Source: Cetorhinus maximus
Taxonomy: Eukaryota
Assembly: GCF_964194155.1 (NCBI RefSeq)
Contig: NC_135882.1
Coordinates: 116,808,001 to 116,872,000, forward strand
Length of the DNA stretch: 64,000 nt
Direction: 5' to 3'
Shown here: in pieces, positions 1-12,329 of the stretch
Position numbering within the stretch: the stretch's first letter is position 1
Layout: every line of letters starts with the position of its first letter
Translations under genes and position numbers: made by a program
Notes under the pieces: generated by a model
The model's input: only the letters and a program-made list of their open reading frames with translations
Databases searched by the model: none
What the model was told of the DNA's origin: nothing

Positions 1-630
1 TCTGTTGGCACGGCTTAGTCAATGAGAGAAGTGCAGAGAAGAAAGCTTGAATGCACGTGGCAAGCCAGGGGGAGTTTGAAACCCTGGAGATGGACCCTTG
101 TGGAAGGTATCTGAGAGATAGTGTTTGGGAGAAGATTCCAGAGCGAATTCTTCAAGAGTGGAGATTGGAAGCCTGCATATGAAAGACGGAGTTCAGTAAG
201 GCTGGTTGGCTCATGGTGTGACAAGTGTCTGGGGGGAGTTGATGAGAGATCTGGACTGTCTGGGGTGACATCTGTCACTTGGTTTCAAAGAGTGGTGTGT
301 CTGACCATAGGTTGCCTATCAGTTTACATGGACTATGTACTTACTGTGAACATTGGAGTATAAGATAGCCTTTATAACTTGTTATCCTTACAAATCCATA
401 TATATCTGTGAAGGTACAGTTATGGATGAAGGAGTATTGCAATATAGTTAATCTTTTCTTGTTTAATAAATGTTTTATTCTTTTGTCAAAAGTTCATCAG
501 CTGACTCAAGTGACTGTTCAGTAGCCACTCTCTACGTGCCTGAACAAAAAATAAAAATTAGGATCTATCAAGCCGGGTTCCAACCTGAGTTCTGGCTTGT
601 CCAGTCATAATATCAGCTGGAATTATAACA
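1..630 (+). mobile_element. 3' part of a probable LTR (5' end outside window)
   Basis: AATAAA at 465-470 followed by a U5-like segment ending ...aattataaCA at 630; no coding capacity; TSD cannot be checked. Confidence 0.4.
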
Positions 631-799
631 CTGGAAACTTTGGTGCTCATTTGTCTTGCAAGTCGTGATGGGAAGTTGTACAGGCCTGCCCCTTTCTGTC
701 CTACTCCAGTTTTTATGTTAAATTATATTAGAATTCCCTGAATTTTTCAAAAGCAGCTTTCATATTTTGGATACTATTTTGTATTTTGCAGCTAAATGC

Positions 800-1330
800 T
801 CAAATAGTGCTATCCCTTTCTATCATGGAGTATGTAGGTATTGACAATGCCTTCAAAACAGCAAAGAAGGACTGTAAGTTGCTGTGCAAATTTGGCTATA
901 ACATTAAGATTGTTGATGTAACTAGGCAACTTCACAGTGGCATGATGGATACAATAATTGCTGATGGAAATGCAACTGAAATATTCCCTGTAGCATACTT
1001 AAGACTAAATACTGATGTTGAGCCTGTCCAAGTTCTTTTGCACAGTTATGCTGGATGATTTGAACAAGGCAATCTACCTGCAATACTGAATAGATAGACA
1101 TCTTCAATCTCAGAAGATTAAATGACAAAAGTAAGATAAGACAGCTCATCATTTGTAAATTTTTGTTTACTAATGAACAGGGATCATGTATCCATTCTAA
1201 AGCTGCCCCGCAGCGTATTATTGAGTAATTTGCTGGTTCAGCCTAGGCTGACCATCAGCTTAAAAAAAAGGTTGAGATTGCACCAAGAGTACCTTACAGT
1301 AAACTGAAAATCATGCCTAGACATACAAGC
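800..1330 (+). mobile_element. Highly decayed LINE reverse-transcriptase fragment, RTE-like
   Basis: ORF 786-1058 contains KLLCKFG..KIVDVTRQLHSGM..IIADG..EIFPV, resembling RTE-clade RT (LWKLLxKFGxPxK..IRxLHxGM). Confidence 0.45.
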
Positions 1331-1544
1331 TAGATTCAATTGCTAGTTTTACATATTTAGCCATTGTATTCAGTTGGATTGCACCACTGAACCAGAAAAT
1401 CAACAATCACATCAAAAAAGACCATTGCAGTATGTGTGTTTCGAACAACTGAGGCCTGAAGCTGATGATAAAGCTATGAAAATATATTACAGTTGTATTG
1501 ACTACATTTATGCAGCTGGGTAACTTGTTGCATATGAATGTCCT

Positions 1545-3000
1545 AAGCCCATGACCTCTACCCCCTAGAATGTCAGCGGTGCATGGGAACACCATCACCT
1601 CCAAGTCTCCCTTCAAGCCTCATATCATACTTACTTGGAAGTATATAATGCTTCCTTCATTATTGCTGGTTCAAATTCATGGAACTCCCTACCTAACAGT
1701 ACTGTGTGTGGGAGTACCTTTACCACATGGGCTACAGCTGTGAAGGAATGCAGCTATAAATATGAAGTTATGAGAGAATCCAGCTATAAATAAGGAGTTA
1801 CACGACTAAAATAGTGATCCTCCTATGAAGTAAGAATTAAAAATTAAAAGCAGAGTTCAAATAAAACTAGAGTTCATCTGCTGGACAATAGGAAAAGATT
1901 TTAAAAGTTTATAAACATGCTTAGGCATAATTGTGTACTTGAGGACAATAACATCCTATGGCATAGAATATGGTATATCCTCTAGCACAAGGCAATTTTG
2001 AAAAACGGGAACTGGCCTTTACATCACCTCAGCAAGGCATTGATAAAGTGTAAGTCACTGCAATCTAACATAACCTTAAGGATGACCCTAAACAACTTGT
2101 TACCTGAATCCTGGAAACTGGGTTTTGCAAGGAAGTGACCACTGTCTGCATCTCTCAGTATTCTATTTGATTGAAGGGTGTTGACGAAAAACAAAGGACG
2201 ATTTCCAGCATGAGTGATCAACATGCTTCCTGCTGGTTTAGCTCTTTTAGGGTATAAATATTGGAACTACACAGTCAGATTTTTAAATTTGTTGGAATCA
2301 CTCCAGTGCCTCTTGAGGGAAAGGTAGCTGCTGCAGTGTAGTGAGGATAGTTCTCCCCTTAATTGAGATAGAGGCATCTTGCTAACAATTCTGTGATTCT
2401 GAGACTTGGTAACTTTTTACTCAGGGATTTGAAGTAAATATTACCTTAAATATTGATGGATATCTTAAATATATCTTCAACGACATCAATAAGACCTGCA
2501 TTCCCTTTTAGAAACAAGATTATATTTTTCCTAGAACTATCAATGTTGTGCTTGAATTATGATCAAAAGTGAATTGTATGTTTGGTTCTTTAATAAATTT
2601 TTATATAATTTAGAAAGCGTATTGTCTAAGACCGTCTTCTGTGTCCAAACCCGAAAACCCATCTCCGTACGCTCTTCAGTGGAGAGATGCCCAGACCCTT
2701 GTAATATCTGGGTTGTTATTTTCTACTAAAACTTTTTAAAAAGGCTTCTGGCGAATGGTAATATTTGCTGGCTGTTCCTTTCCTTCAGAGAGAGTTAGTT
2801 AGACCGGTTCTTCTGACCCATTTAAGTGCCTGTGAGGCCAGTCTTTCTCAACCTAATATGAGAGTGATCATCTGAGGAGTACGCCTGACCCGGAACAGTC
2901 CTAAAGAGGGGTTAGGGTTATAATCCGCTTCACAGCGGTACAAGAGGGTGACACCACCATTTTCTCAAAGACAATAATGGATGGCCAACAATACCTACAA
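1545..3000 (+). mobile_element. HER1/CR1-type LINE 3' tail, split by an LTR (LINE parts ~1545-1738 and 2933-3000)
   Basis: gcatgggaacaccatcacctccaag...ggaactccctacctaacag...ctacagc resumes after the insert as cagcggtacaag..caccaccattttctcaaag; same 3' tail type as the HE1 SINEs in the window. Confidence 0.65.
1739..2932 (+). mobile_element. Solo LTR (1194 bp)
   Basis: Starts TGTGAAG, ends CTTCA; 4-bp TSD CAGC at 1735-1738 and 2933-2936; TATAAA near 2254, AATAAA near 2592; the interrupted LINE tail rejoins across it. Confidence 0.7.
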
Positions 3001-3829
3001 CCTGAGAGTGGATACAAGTAGTTGATAGTCCCAAATCGGTGCTTCACTGCAGAAGGAAAAGCAAACAATATATTAGGTTACATAAGCAAAGAGAGATGTA
3101 CAAATCTAGTGAGGTTGTATTGTGTTGTACAAAGAATTGATCAGACCCCATTTGGAGTAACACATGTGTTTACAGATTCCAGGATTTTCAGTTGTGAGGA
3201 AGGATTAAGACAGCCATGCTTTTTTTTTTCAGAAAAGTGGGATTTTGAGGTATGTTTTCAAGATCATGAAAAGTTGTTTACTGTACTGAAGAGCTCAAAT
3301 ATTAGGGGATGGCAGTTTAAAATTGGAGGCCTGAAATAATTCTCGCAGAATGCTCATATACAAACTCTTAATGCAGTCATCTGAAATGCCCTCTCGTTTT
3401 TAGCAGAGGTGTTAATCCATTTATTTTAAACTGGTTAAAGTTACCACTAAAATAGTGGAAAGGAATTTTGGACATATGTTGGCACCACCACAACATAACT
3501 TCAGGAATAAATTGGAACGCTAAGTTTTTCACTTTAGTTGTGGAATAAATTACAGATAATAAATCATTGAAGCAGACAGTATAAAGCAGTTCAGGTGACA
3601 AACTGGATACTTTTGGAGAAGAACAAAGTTTGAGGCATATGCTGAGTAGATGGTTTTCCTGCTCCAAAATGTTCTTCTGTTCTTGTGGCATCTTGCTTTC
3701 CATGGTCGTTTGAGGAGGTAGTTGAGTGCAGCATGAGCATTCTGTCACTGCCACAACCTGAAATTGTATAAACCACTAATTTTGATGGCAACCTCTAGTA
3801 AGGTTTTACTTTAGCTGCGTCAATTGAGT

Positions 3830-4520
3830 TACTTTTGATAGCACTTGATTTCTGCAATAGAAGATTGTGGGTTCCAAGCTCTACTCCAGGTCTTGAGCAT
3901 ATAATCAAGGCTGATGTGTCACTGTTTCTGAAGGAGTGCTGCATTGTCAGAGGTGTCATTGGTTGAGTGAAATGTTAAAACAGAGATGTGTCTACTTGCT
4001 CGATTGGAGTTAAAGGTTCACATTAATCTATTTGAGTAAGAGATGGGAGTTCTAGTGTCCTGACCAACATCTATGGCTCAACCTGTAGTATGTTCAGTAG
4101 GTCTCACAAAGAGGTCCTGATTCTTGTACGGTTGAACATTAAATGTTTATTGATAACACACAACTATGTACATATATAGAGGGTATAGCTGAAGCTATGA
4201 GCTAACTCCATGCTTGCTTCTGAACAGATCTCTGTCCAGTCCACAGGTGACCCCAGTCTCAGGTCATGTGTCTCTTTACATCACACTGTGGGCGGTACTA
4301 TTTCTTAGTCCCACCTTAACCCTTGCAATGCCAAATACCCTTATACTACACAACCAACACTACCTGTAATTTATCTCACAGCTGAGTGTGGGACTTCACT
4401 CTGTATAATTTGGCTGCTGAGCCCTTGGCAACTGTGACAAGACTTAAAAATATTCCTTTGCTGTTAAGTGCTTTGGATGACCCGATGATGTGAGCTACTC
4501 TTATAAATGCATAGTCACTT
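3830..4520 (+). mobile_element. Old Deu-domain SINE (SacSINE1/AmnSINE1-like), interrupted by an LTR
   Basis: tRNA-like head remnant, gagtgctgcattgtcagaggtg body, and Deu-like tgtgggac..atttggctgc..gtgctttgga..ataaatgca tail. Confidence 0.55.
4084..4350 (-). mobile_element. Short solo LTR (267 bp)
   Basis: TGTAGTAT...ATACTACA 8-bp inverted termini; 5-bp TSD CAACC (4079-4083 and 4351-4355); AATAAA on the minus strand near 4145. Confidence 0.8.
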
Positions 4521-5269
4521 TTTATTTTATGATTTAGGATCTGACAATCCATCTATGCAGATCTGAATCAGTCAGGGAATCAGATCTTGAGACATTTGCT
4601 ACAAGGTTATATTACTTCAGTATAATTGCTTTCCTCAGTTCCTGTTTAGTGTCAAAAGTTACTTTAATTGTTGATTTGTTTTATTGTGCATAGTTGGGGG
4701 TCTGGAAGCTAAAGTAAATGGTGTAGGAATATTCTTAGTCAGTTTTTAATCAGTGAAAATGACTTATTGGTCATTAGTTCCCTTTTATTATATAGTGGAT
4801 AGGTGCTACAACCAAGCAGTAATAATAGCCCAAGGACACTATGGACTCGTTATGGATTAGCTCCATATTTTAATCTATATATTTATTTGTATTTAATAGA
4901 TATATTTAATATATATAGTCATGGCACAATTCAAATGTTTTTATAATTTGGTTATTCTGTATGGTCTTATAAATTTTAGACTATGGGTGGAATTTTTATT
5001 TAAGTGAGATGGCATGGTGGTATTGACACTGGACTGGTATTCCAGAGACCCAGGGTAATGCTCTGGACACCCGGGTTCAAATCCCAACATGGTATATCAC
5101 AGAACAGTGCAGAAGAGGCTCTTCGGCCCATTGGGTCTGCACCGACATGTGAGAAACACCTGACCTACCTACCTAATCCCATTTACCAGCACTTGGCCCA
5201 TAGCCTTGAATGTTATGATGTGCCAAGTGCTCATCCAGGTACTTTTGAAAGGATGTGAGGCAACCCGCC

Positions 5270-7990
5270 TCCACCACCCTCCCAGGCAGTGCATTCTAGA
5301 CCGTCACCACCCTCTGGGTAAAAAAGATTTTCCTCACATCCCCCTAAACCTCCTGCCCCTCACCTTGAACTTATGCCCCCTTGTGACTGACCCTTCAACT
5401 AAGGGGAACAGCTGCTCCCTATCCACCCTGTCCGTGCCCATCATAAACTTGTACACTTCGATCAGGTTGCCCCTCAGTCTTCTCTGCTCCAATGAAAGCA
5501 ATCCAAGTCTATCCAATCTCTCTAAATAACTTAAATGTTTCATCCCAGGCAACATCCTGGTGAATCTCCTCTGCACCCCCTCCAGTGCAATCACATCCTT
5601 CCTTAATGTGGCAACCAGAACTGCACACAGTACTCCAGCTGTGGCCTCACCAAGGTTCTATACAACTCCAACATGACCTCCCTACTTTTGTAATCTATGC
5701 CTCAATTGATAAAGGCAAGTGTCCCATATGCCTTTTTCACCAGCCCACTAACATGCCCCTCCCCCTTCAGAGGTCTATGGACACACACGCCAAGGTCCCT
5801 TTGTTCCTCAGAACTTCCTAATGCCATGCCGTTCATTGAATACTGTCTTGTCAAATAACTCCTTCCAAAGAGTATCACCTCACACTTTTCAGGGTTAAAT
5901 TCCATCTGCCACTTATCTGTCCATTTGACCATCCCGTCTATATCTTCCTGTAGCCCAAGATACTCAACCTCACTGTTAACCACCCGGCCAATCTTTGTGT
6001 CAACTGCAAACTTACTAATCCTACCCCCCACATAGTCATCTATGTCGTTTATATAAATGACAAATAATAGAGGACCGAGCACAGATCCCTGTGGTACGCC
6101 ACTGGACACTGGCTTCCAGTTACTAAAGCATCCTTCTGTCATCACCCTCTGCCTCCTACAACTAAGCCAATTTTGAATCCACCTTATCAAATTACCCTGT
6201 ATCCCATGTGCCTTTGCCTTCTTTACAAGTCTCTCATGTGGGACCTTGTCAAAGGCTTTGCTGAAATCCATATAAACTACATCAACTGCACAACCCTCAT
6301 CTACACACCTGGTCACCTCCTCAAAAAATTCAATCAAATTTGTTAGGCATGACCTCCCTCTGACAAAGCCATGCTGACTATCCCTGATCAAACCTTGCCT
6401 CTCCAAGTGGAGATGGATACTCTCCTTCAGAAATTTCTCCAATAGTTTCCCTACCACTGACGTGAGACTCACTGGCCTGTAGTTCCCTGGCTTATCTCAA
6501 CAACCCTTCTTAAATAGCAGAACCACATTAGCTGTTCTCCAGTCCTCTGGCACCTCCCCCGTGGCCAGAAAGGAATTAAAAATTTGGGTCAGAGCCCCTG
6601 CAATCTCCTTCCTTGCCTCCCTCAGCAGTCTGGGACACAAATCACCCAGACCTGGAGATTTGTCCACTTTTAAGCCTGCCAACACCTTGTCACTCCCATA
6701 TCAATTTGCTTAAGAACCTCGCAGTCTCTCTCCCCAAGTTCGATACCTTCATCCTCATTCTCTTGGGTGAAGACAGACGTGAAGTATTCATTCAACACTT
6801 TAGTGATGTCCTCTGGCTCCACCCATAGATTGCCCCCTTGGTCCCTTATGGGCCCTACTCTATCCCTGGTTATCCTCTTACAAAATATCTTGGGATTTTC
6901 CCTACTTTTACCAGCCAGAGCTTTTTCATATCCCCTCTTTGCTCTCCTAATTGCTTTCTTAAGCTCCACCCTGCACTGTCTGTACTCCATGAATGCCTCT
7001 GCTGATTTGCTTCCCTTGTACCTGCTAAAAGCCTTTCTTTTCCTTCTCATCGTAACCTGAATATCTCTGGTCATCCATGGTTCTCTGGGCTTGTTACTCC
7101 TTCCTATCACCCTAGAGGGAACATGTTGAGCCTGTACCCTCCCCATTTCCATTTTGAACACCTCCCACTGTTCCTCTGTAGATTTCCCCACAAGTAACTG
7201 TTCCCAGTCTACTTTGGCCAGATCCTGCCTTATTTTACTAAAATCCACTCTTCCCCTAATCCAAAACATTTTTTTGCAACTTGTCGATTTCTTTGTCCAT
7301 AACAAACTTAAACTGTACCATGTTGTGGTCGCAATCACTAAAATGCTCGCCCACCACCACCTCAGCCACCTGTCTGGCTTCATTCCCCAGAATTAGGTCC
7401 AGCACTACGCCGCCCCTTGTTGGACCCTCTACATATTGACCTAAAAAGTTCTGTACACATTTCAAGAAATCCACTCCATCCAAGCGCTTAACACTATGTC
7501 TATCCCAATTAATGTTGGGAAAGTTGAAATCACCTAATATAATTACCCTATTGTTATTGTTTTTACATGCCTCCACAAATTGTGCACATATTTGCTACTC
7601 AATTTCCCGCTGACTATCTGGGGGTCTATAATAAACACCTAATAATGTGGTTGCCCGTTTTTTATTCCTAAGCTCTACCCACAAAGCTTCATTAAATGCC
7701 CCCTCCAAGATATCATCTCTCCTTACTGCAGTAACGGACTCCTTAACTAATAATGCAACGCCTCCTCCTCTTTTACCCCCTCCCCTGTCTCACCTAAAGA
7801 TTCTATATCCTGGAATGTTGAGCTGCCAAACCTGTCCTTCCCTCAACCACGTCTCAGTGATGGCTACTATATCACAATTCCACGTGTCAATCCTCAGCCT
7901 TAACTCATCCGTTTTACCTGTAACACTCCTGGCATTAAAGTAGAGGCCATCCAGCCAAGGCCTACTCCCTTGAAGCTTATTGCAGCTGTA
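5270..7990 (-). pseudogene. CR1 ORF2 (APE endonuclease-reverse transcriptase), frameshifted
   Basis: ILGDFNFPNINW, LDLIL, SDCDHN (APE); KSPG, QHGFVRGRSCLTNL, DFSKAFDKVPH, GVPQGSVLGPLLF, KFAVD (FADD mutated) across ORFs 7256-7576, 6670-7383, 5702-6472 and 5334-5594. Confidence 0.93.
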
Positions 7991-8070
7991 CTCCCTCTGA
8001 CTTGATTGTTTTACTGTATTATGATGTGTCCCTATTCTGCTAACATTCTGTGTCCCCTCCCCCTGCTGAA

Positions 8071-9008
8071 TTAGTTTAAAGTCCTCCCAACAGCATTAGC
8101 AAACCCGCCCGCAAGGACGTTAGTCCCGCTCTGGTTCAGATGTAGACCGTCCCGCTTGTACAGGTCCCATCTTCCCCAGAAACGGTCCCAGTCCTCCAGG
8201 AATCTAAAACCCTCCCTCCTGCACCAACTCTTAAGCCACGTATTCATCTGTGCTATTCTCCTATTTCTGAGCTCGCTAGCACGTGGCACTGGGAGTAATC
8301 CAGAGATTACAACCCGAGAGGTCTTGCTTTTTAGTCTACTGCCTAACTCCCTGAATTCTTGATGCAAGACCTCATCCCTCTTTCTACCTATGTCATTGGT
8401 ACTAACATGTACCAGGATCTCTGCCTTATCGCCCTCCCCCTTCAGGATGCCCTGCAGCCGTTCAGTGACATCCCGGACCCTGGCACCAGGGAGGCAACAT
8501 ACCATCCTGGAGTCACGTTGACAGCCACAGTAGCTGTTCCCCTGACTATAGAATCCCCTATTACTATTGCTGTTCCTCCCTTCCTCCCCTCCTGTACAGA
8601 CAGGCTGCTTGTGGTGCCAGAAGCTTGGCTCTGTCCACACTCCCTGGAGGAACCAACACCCTCATCAGCCTCCAAAATGGAATACCAATTTGCGAGCAGG
8701 ACCCCAGGAGACTCCTGAACTACCTGCCTGTTTCTCTTGGACTGCCTGGTGGTCACCCATTCCCTTCCTTCCTCAAGTCCCTTCAGCTGCGGTGTGACCA
8801 CCTCTCTAAACGTGCTATCCACGATGCTCTCAGACTCGCAGATGCTCCACAGTGTCTCCAGCTGCCTTTCCAGCTCTGAAACCCGAGCTTCCAGGAGCTG
8901 CAGCTGGACACACTTCCTGCACACATGCTGGTCCCGGGCACTGGAAATGTCCCCGGCTTCCCATATGGAGCACGAGCAGCACACCACGGCTTTGAGCGCT
9001 CCTGTCAT
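8071..9008 (-). pseudogene. CR1 ORF1: CxxC..CxxC zinc finger, coiled coil, SGNH/GDSL esterase domain; one frameshift near 8525
   Basis: CCSC...CRKC, LEARVSELERQLETL, IVIGDSIVRG (block I Ser), PGA, HVSTND, DGLHL motifs in ORFs 8442-9008 and 8071-8640. Confidence 0.9.
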
Positions 9009-9711
9009 GACTTATCCCTTTAAATTACACCTTTTAAGTCAATTACTCTAGGGCCCTTCTTTCCTGATCCTTGTTACTGCAGAGTATACAAACTGTAAAC
9101 CACAAAAAGACCTTAAACTATAAGCAATTAAAGTAGTAAATACCCTACCCACTACTTACCAGTGATTCATTTCCCTTGTAGCCTCTACTGCTGCAGCATG
9201 CTCTGATGGTGGAATTTGAATTCAATAAATATCTGGAATTAAAAGTCTGATGATGACCACGGAACCATTGTCAATTGTTGTAAAAACCCATCTGGTTCAC
9301 TAATGTCTTTTAGGGAAGGAAATCTGCTATGCTTACCTGGTCTGGCCTACATGTGACTCCAGACCCACAGCAATGTGGTTGACTCTTAAAATGTCCTCTG
9401 AATGAGGGCAATTAGGGATTGGCAATAAATGCTGGCCTAGCCAGTGATGCCCAAATCCCATGAACAAATTAAAAAAAAGAGGTGACAAAGTTGGTGTGAT
9501 TCCCATTGGGTGGCAGGCTGGATCTTGCACCAGATCTTCTGCTTTTCAGCTTGTTAATTGTGCATCAGTGAGGAGCTTGTCGAATCTTGGTGCGAGCAGT
9601 TATTGATCCGCCCAGTTATTACCTCATGGAGTTGAAGGTCCTGGCGCCATATTTAAACAGTACCTGCACACACATTCACTCACTGCCAGGCAAGTGTCAA
9701 GCAAGTAATCC

Positions 9712-10850
9712 ATGGTGGCTAAAAGATCTAAGCCCTCAGCTCCATGGTTTAGCGAGGCCTCCCTGGATGTTCTCCTCCATGCCATCCAGGAAAGGCAGGG
9801 AGTCCTTTTTCCTCAGGATGGGACCTGGAGATATGCCCACCTGGCCATGCCAACCTGGAAGGAGGTCATCAAGGAGGTCAGCGTCCATGGCACTCAAAAA
9901 AAGACCACCCTGCAGGGCAGGAAAAGGATGAATGATCTGATGTGCTTTGCCAGGGTAAGCGAACTGTCTCACTCCAAACTCGCATTCTCATTGCGCATCA
10001 GGCAGTCTAAGAGTTAGAGCCCACAGGGATGTCACACACGACCAGCAGGTGGGGCATCAGCACTGATTGTCTGCAAGCTACTTTAAGAACACCATCTCAT
10101 GTAAGATTCTACACAAATGGCATCTTAATGCCTTACTGGGGAGGGCTCAGCACACATACCTGCTGAACTGCTCTTTCATCCATAGTTCTCACAGTCAATC
10201 CATCTGTCGTTGTCAAAGACAAACTCATCAATAATTGGCGGGAGAGATCGAAGACTAGAGGAGAGTACTATCTTCCCATAAGGAGCAAGATACAGAGCTC
10301 ACTGGAGAGAACAGAGGTTGTTCCTGTGTGGAAGGCAAGATCAGCCTCCCCCAACAAGCCTGTGAAGCTCAATGCAGTTTACATCTACAACATGCAGACA
10401 ATGACTGTGAGTGACCTATAGTTTAGGTGCCTGTCTAATCAATCTAATTATCTCCTCTCAATTCCAGCCATCAGCAAGAAAAGGCAGATGAAGAGCTCCA
10501 ACATGTGCCCCAGCCCCCTGACCACCTCAGTTGAGGATGCTGAAGACACACCTGATGATCTGTCACTGTGCACCTGCATCCTCCACCAGCACAGATACTC
10601 GCACCTCGATGGGTTCTAGTTCTGAGTAGTGTCAGGTTCATAACCTAGTGATCACCTCATGGACACATGATGACAGTAGGCAGAGACAGTGACAGCTGAG
10701 GTCTCTGACACTCGGAGGACTGCTGGAGAGCAGACCCCTGCAGAGTCTGAGTCTGATGATGAACCTCTGGAATCAGCCCTAATGTTGGACATGTAGAGAC
10801 AAGCAGGGGAACTTCAGGCAGAGTTGTCATGGAAGGTTAGTGATTATCCT
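9712..10850 (+). pseudogene. Harbinger accessory Myb/SANT-like DNA-binding gene, spliced and decayed
   Basis: APWFSEASLDVLLHAIQERQGVLF..WKEVIKEV..GRKRMNDL followed by donor GTAAGC (~9955); exon 2 near 10219 reads DKLINNWRERSKTRG; a further acceptor near 10467. Confidence 0.75.
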
Positions 10851-12195
10851 GATGCTGCTGCACTGATGACTGTTCTTTGTGAATGTTATACGTATTAATC
10901 GCAACCCATGTTAGAGTCTTTTCACTCAAGTGCATTTTGCAATGGTCTTTATTTTATAATTGTGAGGTTTTAGTAAAAGTATTATTTATCATTGAGCACC
11001 ACAGTCTTTCATGCCTCCCTGCAGCATTATTTCGTCTCCGTGTTTAAGGCTGAGCATTACTCCTTTATTAATTCCCACTCTCCCCAGGCATGCTGCTGAA
11101 CGATGGAAGTTGGTTCCACTCAGCGACATTTAAAATGTCTGCTAAATGGGAATGAGTGTGTGATGTCAGAGGTGTGCGCTCATCCTGATGAAGTAGTCCA
11201 ATTACCTGTGAGGATGTTACTTTGCTTTTGAATGGTTGCCTAATGTTGCTTGATGGAATCTGTCTGTGAGGTCACAGAACGCCAAGCGATATGGAATTCA
11301 TTACATGACAGTGCAATCAGTGACTTAGGTTCATAGAGAGGATTGGCCTGTGTGAGATGGACAATGTCGAAGTCTGTAATGGTATGAAAGTGATGCTCCA
11401 GCATGTCTCCTGAATGCTCATCAGTATCTCTGAAGGGACTAAGTCATCATTCACTGCTGTGTCAAAACTGACTGGGCTACTTCTCTCCAAGATGTTAAGG
11501 CAATGAAGGACATAAACTTGGCAGGCTTCCGACCAATGCAGGGTCATGAGTTATTCACAATAATCACATGATGGTCCTGCTGAACCATTCTGTGAGTACA
11601 ACGCTAACATAACCCGCAGGTTTGCATCCATCTGTCATGTGACAGATCACTGTGTTCTGATGGCCTGATGGCATCTTGGTGCTCAGAAGCAAGATGTGGC
11701 CTCTGCATTAATCATGCATGAGAGCTGGCATTTGGAGAGATGGTGCTGTCTGGATGTTCCATTTTCAGACGGACAGGCAATAACCATTGATGGGTGTTTT
11801 TCCTCTTAGAGCCACCCTGCTATGCTGCTGTCACACTGGCATGAGTGCATCTATGTGTGCAATCGCATTTCTGCCTCTTGAAGACTGCCATGCCCACTGA
11901 CTTGTTTGTGCCAGGGTTGAAAGGACTGCACTATGTGTAGTTGCTTAAGGATATGCGCTAGTGGATTGTTTCTCCAATTACAAAGCGGCCACATGTTCCC
12001 TAGGCTACTGTGCCTCCCAAGGATAACCCCATTATTAGGGTTGAAACTGACTTATACTTGCGCTGTTATAATTTTAAGATTGATGTCCTCTTTAGTGAGA
12101 TGTTGAAGATGACAATGAAAGTCTTGTTGTCTCCCCTTCATCAAAGCTTGAAGAGAACTGCACTTGTATCAACTTATCTTCACTTTATTTCTCCT

Positions 12196-12312
12196 GGGCT
12201 GGAATTTTACGGCCCTGTCACGGCAGGGAGGGGGCCGTAAAATGTGGTGAGCCATTCTAAACTCCATTGACTTTGACAGGAATGTAAAATCCCACTGCCG
12301 TAAAATTCCACC
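12196..12312. mobile_element. ~115-bp Harbinger-type MITE
   Basis: TIRs GGGCTGGAATTTTACGGC / GCCGTAAAATTCCACC, probable TSD CCT; central CCATTGAC motif shared with the copies at 26202 and 58499. Confidence 0.75.
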
Positions 12313-12329
12313 CCTAGAATTCTGTAGCT

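Larger units (their letters stand above)
5094..9204 (-). mobile_element. Near full-length CR1 LINE
   Basis: ORF1 (zinc finger + esterase), APE endonuclease, RT and 3'UTR in the correct order on the minus strand; several frameshifts and stops. Confidence 0.95.
5006..9478 (+). mobile_element. HE1-type tRNA-derived SINE split by a CR1 insertion (halves ~5006-5093 and 9205-9478)
   Basis: A-box TGGCATGGTGG and B-box GGTTCAAATCC in the left half; the right half gatggtggaatttgaattcaataaa...ggcaataaatgctggcc..A-tail matches the copies at 37152-37545 and 61338-62378. Confidence 0.85.

Noticed and set aside
3377-3791. Minus-strand ORFs (125 aa and 66 aa) following an acceptor near 3758
   Set aside because: No recognisable domain and no partner exons; cannot be distinguished from chance.
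5006-5093. tRNA-like A/B boxes
   Set aside because: SINE head rather than a tRNA gene; no cloverleaf, and it continues into the HE1 body.
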